This document shows positions 62,281 to 64,000 of a DNA stretch of 64,000 bases, piece by piece (position 1 is the first letter of the stretch; every line of letters begins with the position of its first letter). The translations under genes were made by a program, and so were the position numbers. Source of the DNA: an uncultured Gemmatimonadales bacterium (lineage in GTDB: Bacteria > Gemmatimonadota > Gemmatimonadetes > Longimicrobiales > Gaopeijiaceae); NCBI GenBank assembly GCA_963809895.1, contig CAWELD010000004.1:32001-96000 (forward strand), in the 5' to 3' direction. Below the pieces are notes generated by a model that saw nothing but the letters and a program-made list of their open reading frames with translations, did no database searches and was not told the origin of the DNA.

Positions 62281-63684
62281 ATGCGCACCCCGCCCGGCGG
62301 CTCGCTCGCCCCTCCCTCCCTGGATCGCCGCGCCTTCCTGAAGCGCATGGCCGGCGGCCTGGTCGTCACTCGACCCGCCATCTGGAGCACCTTCTCGGGG
62401 CTTCGACCGCCCCGGCCCCTGCCCAGTTTGCCTCAGCTCCAGTGGCAGCGCGACGAGCGGGCCATCTTCGTCCACTTCGGCATCAACACCTTCACGGGTC
62501 GGGAGTGGGGTGACGGCACCGAGGATCCCGCCCTCTTCGACCCGTCCGCGCTGGATGCCCGCCAGTGGGCCCGCAGCGCGCGCGAGGCCGGATTCCGGGC
62601 CATGGTGCTCACGGCCAAGCACCACGACGGCTTCTGCCTGTGGCCCACCTCCACCACCGAGCACTCGGTGGCCAGCAGCCCGTGGCGCGGAGGTGAGGGA
62701 GACGTGGTGCGGGAGTTCGTAGACGCATGCCGGGCCGAAGGGCTGAAGCCCGGCCTCTACTGCTCGCCCTGGGACCGCAACGCAACGGTCTACGGGACCC
62801 CTGGCTACAACGACTTCTACGCGCAGCAGCTCACCGAGCTTCTCACGAACTACGGGCCCATCCACGAGGTGTGGTTCGACGGCGCCAACGGCGAGGGGCC
62901 GTCGGGTCGGCGGCAGGAGTACGATTGGCCCCGGATCTGGGGATTGGTGCGCGGGCTTCAACCCGACGCGGTCATCTTCTCCGACGCCGGGCCCGACGTG
63001 CGCTGGATCGGCAACGAAGCCGGCGTGGCCGGCGACCCCAACTGGTCCACGGTGGACCCCGAGGTGGTGCCCGTGCCGGGCGTGAGCGGAGAGGCCGTGA
63101 TCGACCAGCTCCAGCACGGGGATCCCCGGGGCAGCGTCTGGCGCCCGGGCGAGGCCGACGTCTCGATCCGACCCGGTTGGTTCTACCACCCGGAAGAGGA
63201 CGATCGCGCGCGGTCGGTGGACGATCTCGTCGAGCTCTACTTCACCTCGGTGGGCCGGAACTCCAAGCTCCTCCTGAACGTGCCACCGACGCCCGCGGGA
63301 CTCTTCCATGCCGACGACGTCCAGCGACTCCGGGGCATGAACGCTCGGCTCAGCGAGATCTTCGCCGCCGACGTCACCGAGGGCGCGGCCCTCACGCGAC
63401 GCCCCACCGGCACCCGTCGCGCCGCTCGGGAAGCCACGCTCCCCGCACCGACCAGCGTCGCCATCGTCGATCTCCGGGAAGACATCACTCGCGGCCAGTC
63501 CATCGCGAGCTGGACCCTCGAAGGCGCCCTGGAGGACCGCTGGCGGCCGCTGGCGGAAGGGACCACCATCGGCTACCGGCGCCTCATCCGGTTCTCACCG
63601 ACGGCGGTCCGGCGGGTGAGGCTCACCCTCTACGACCAGTGGGGACCGCCGCCCACCGTGGCCATCGGGTTGTACACCGCCTGA
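62281..63684 (+). CDS. alpha-L-fucosidase (GH29), Tat-exported
   Basis: DRRAFLK Tat motif; FVHFG, TAKHHDGFCLW, EVWFDGA, SIRPGWFYH. Confidence 0.93.
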   Translation: MRTPPGGSLAPPSLDRRAFLKRMAGGLVVTRPAIWSTFSGLRPPRPLPSLPQLQWQRDERAIFVHFGINTFTGREWGDGTEDPALFDPSALDARQWARSAREAGFRAMVLTAKHHDGFCLWPTSTTEHSVASSPWRGGEGDVVREFVDACRAEGLKPGLYCSPWDRNATVYGTPGYNDFYAQQLTELLTNYGPIHEVWFDGANGEGPSGRRQEYDWPRIWGLVRGLQPDAVIFSDAGPDVRWIGNEAGVAGDPNWSTVDPEVVPVPGVSGEAVIDQLQHGDPRGSVWRPGEADVSIRPGWFYHPEEDDRARSVDDLVELYFTSVGRNSKLLLNVPPTPAGLFHADDVQRLRGMNARLSEIFAADVTEGAALTRRPTGTRRAAREATLPAPTSVAIVDLREDITRGQSIASWTLEGALEDRWRPLAEGTTIGYRRLIRFSPTAVRRVRLTLYDQWGPPPTVAIGLYTA

Positions 63685-63816
63685 CGGGGCCCGGCCGACC
63701 CGCAGGACCCTCCCGACGCTCCCTCGGGGGCTCCTCCCCACGGCGCCCCGGCCGCCCATCCACGATCCTTTTCCTGGGTCCCTCCTCCGCATCCACACTT
63801 CAACCGGAGAAGGAAC

Positions 63817-64000
63817 GTGAGCGTGCCGCAGACCGTCGAAGGCCTGAACCGCCTTCTCGCCGACGCCACAGTCTTCTATCAGAAGCTCCGCCACTATCAC
63901 TGGAACGTGAAGGGTCAGGACTTCTTCGCGCTCCACGCCAAATTCGAAGCGCTCTACGATCAGTGGGCCGCGTTCATCGACGAGGTGGCCGAGCGCATTC
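63817..64000 (+). CDS. dps: Dps ferritin-like protein, 5' part
   Basis: KLRHYHWNVKG.DFFALHAKFE..Y......DEVAERI; runs off the window end. Confidence 0.92.
   Translation, partial: MSVPQTVEGLNRLLADATVFYQKLRHYHWNVKGQDFFALHAKFEALYDQWAAFIDEVAERI

Overview
A high-GC 64 kb bacterial window. The gene families (PadR plus orphan MacB-like 'ADOP' permeases, an ECF sigma factor paired with a Ser/Thr kinase, Ig-like lipoproteins) suggest Gemmatimonadota or an Acidobacteria-like lineage, which is an inference. About 55 genes are recognisable: two PIN-toxin TA pairs, an XPB-like helicase with a DUF790/Bax1-like nuclease, peptidases, glycoside hydrolases (GH43, GH29, GlgB), two-component systems, four orphan ABC permeases, an arsR-arsM-acr3 operon, tRNA-Glu(CTC), tRNA-Val(CAC) and a partial dps. 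Many genes between 0.5 and 32 kb carry frameshifts, most likely long-read indel errors. The most notable observations are: (i) a complete fluoride riboswitch with promoter and anti-SD expression platform controlling a small uncharacterised helical protein rather than Fluc/CLC-F, divergent from the arsenic operon; (ii) an exact 27-bp direct repeat bracketing a 3.3 kb binding-protein/hybrid-kinase cassette; (iii) paired ~27-bp palindromes with a 62-63 bp period at two loci; (iv) a ~612-aa orphan with a coiled coil and a RelE-like C-terminus, a candidate defence effector; (v) several unassigned operator palindromes and gene remnants.
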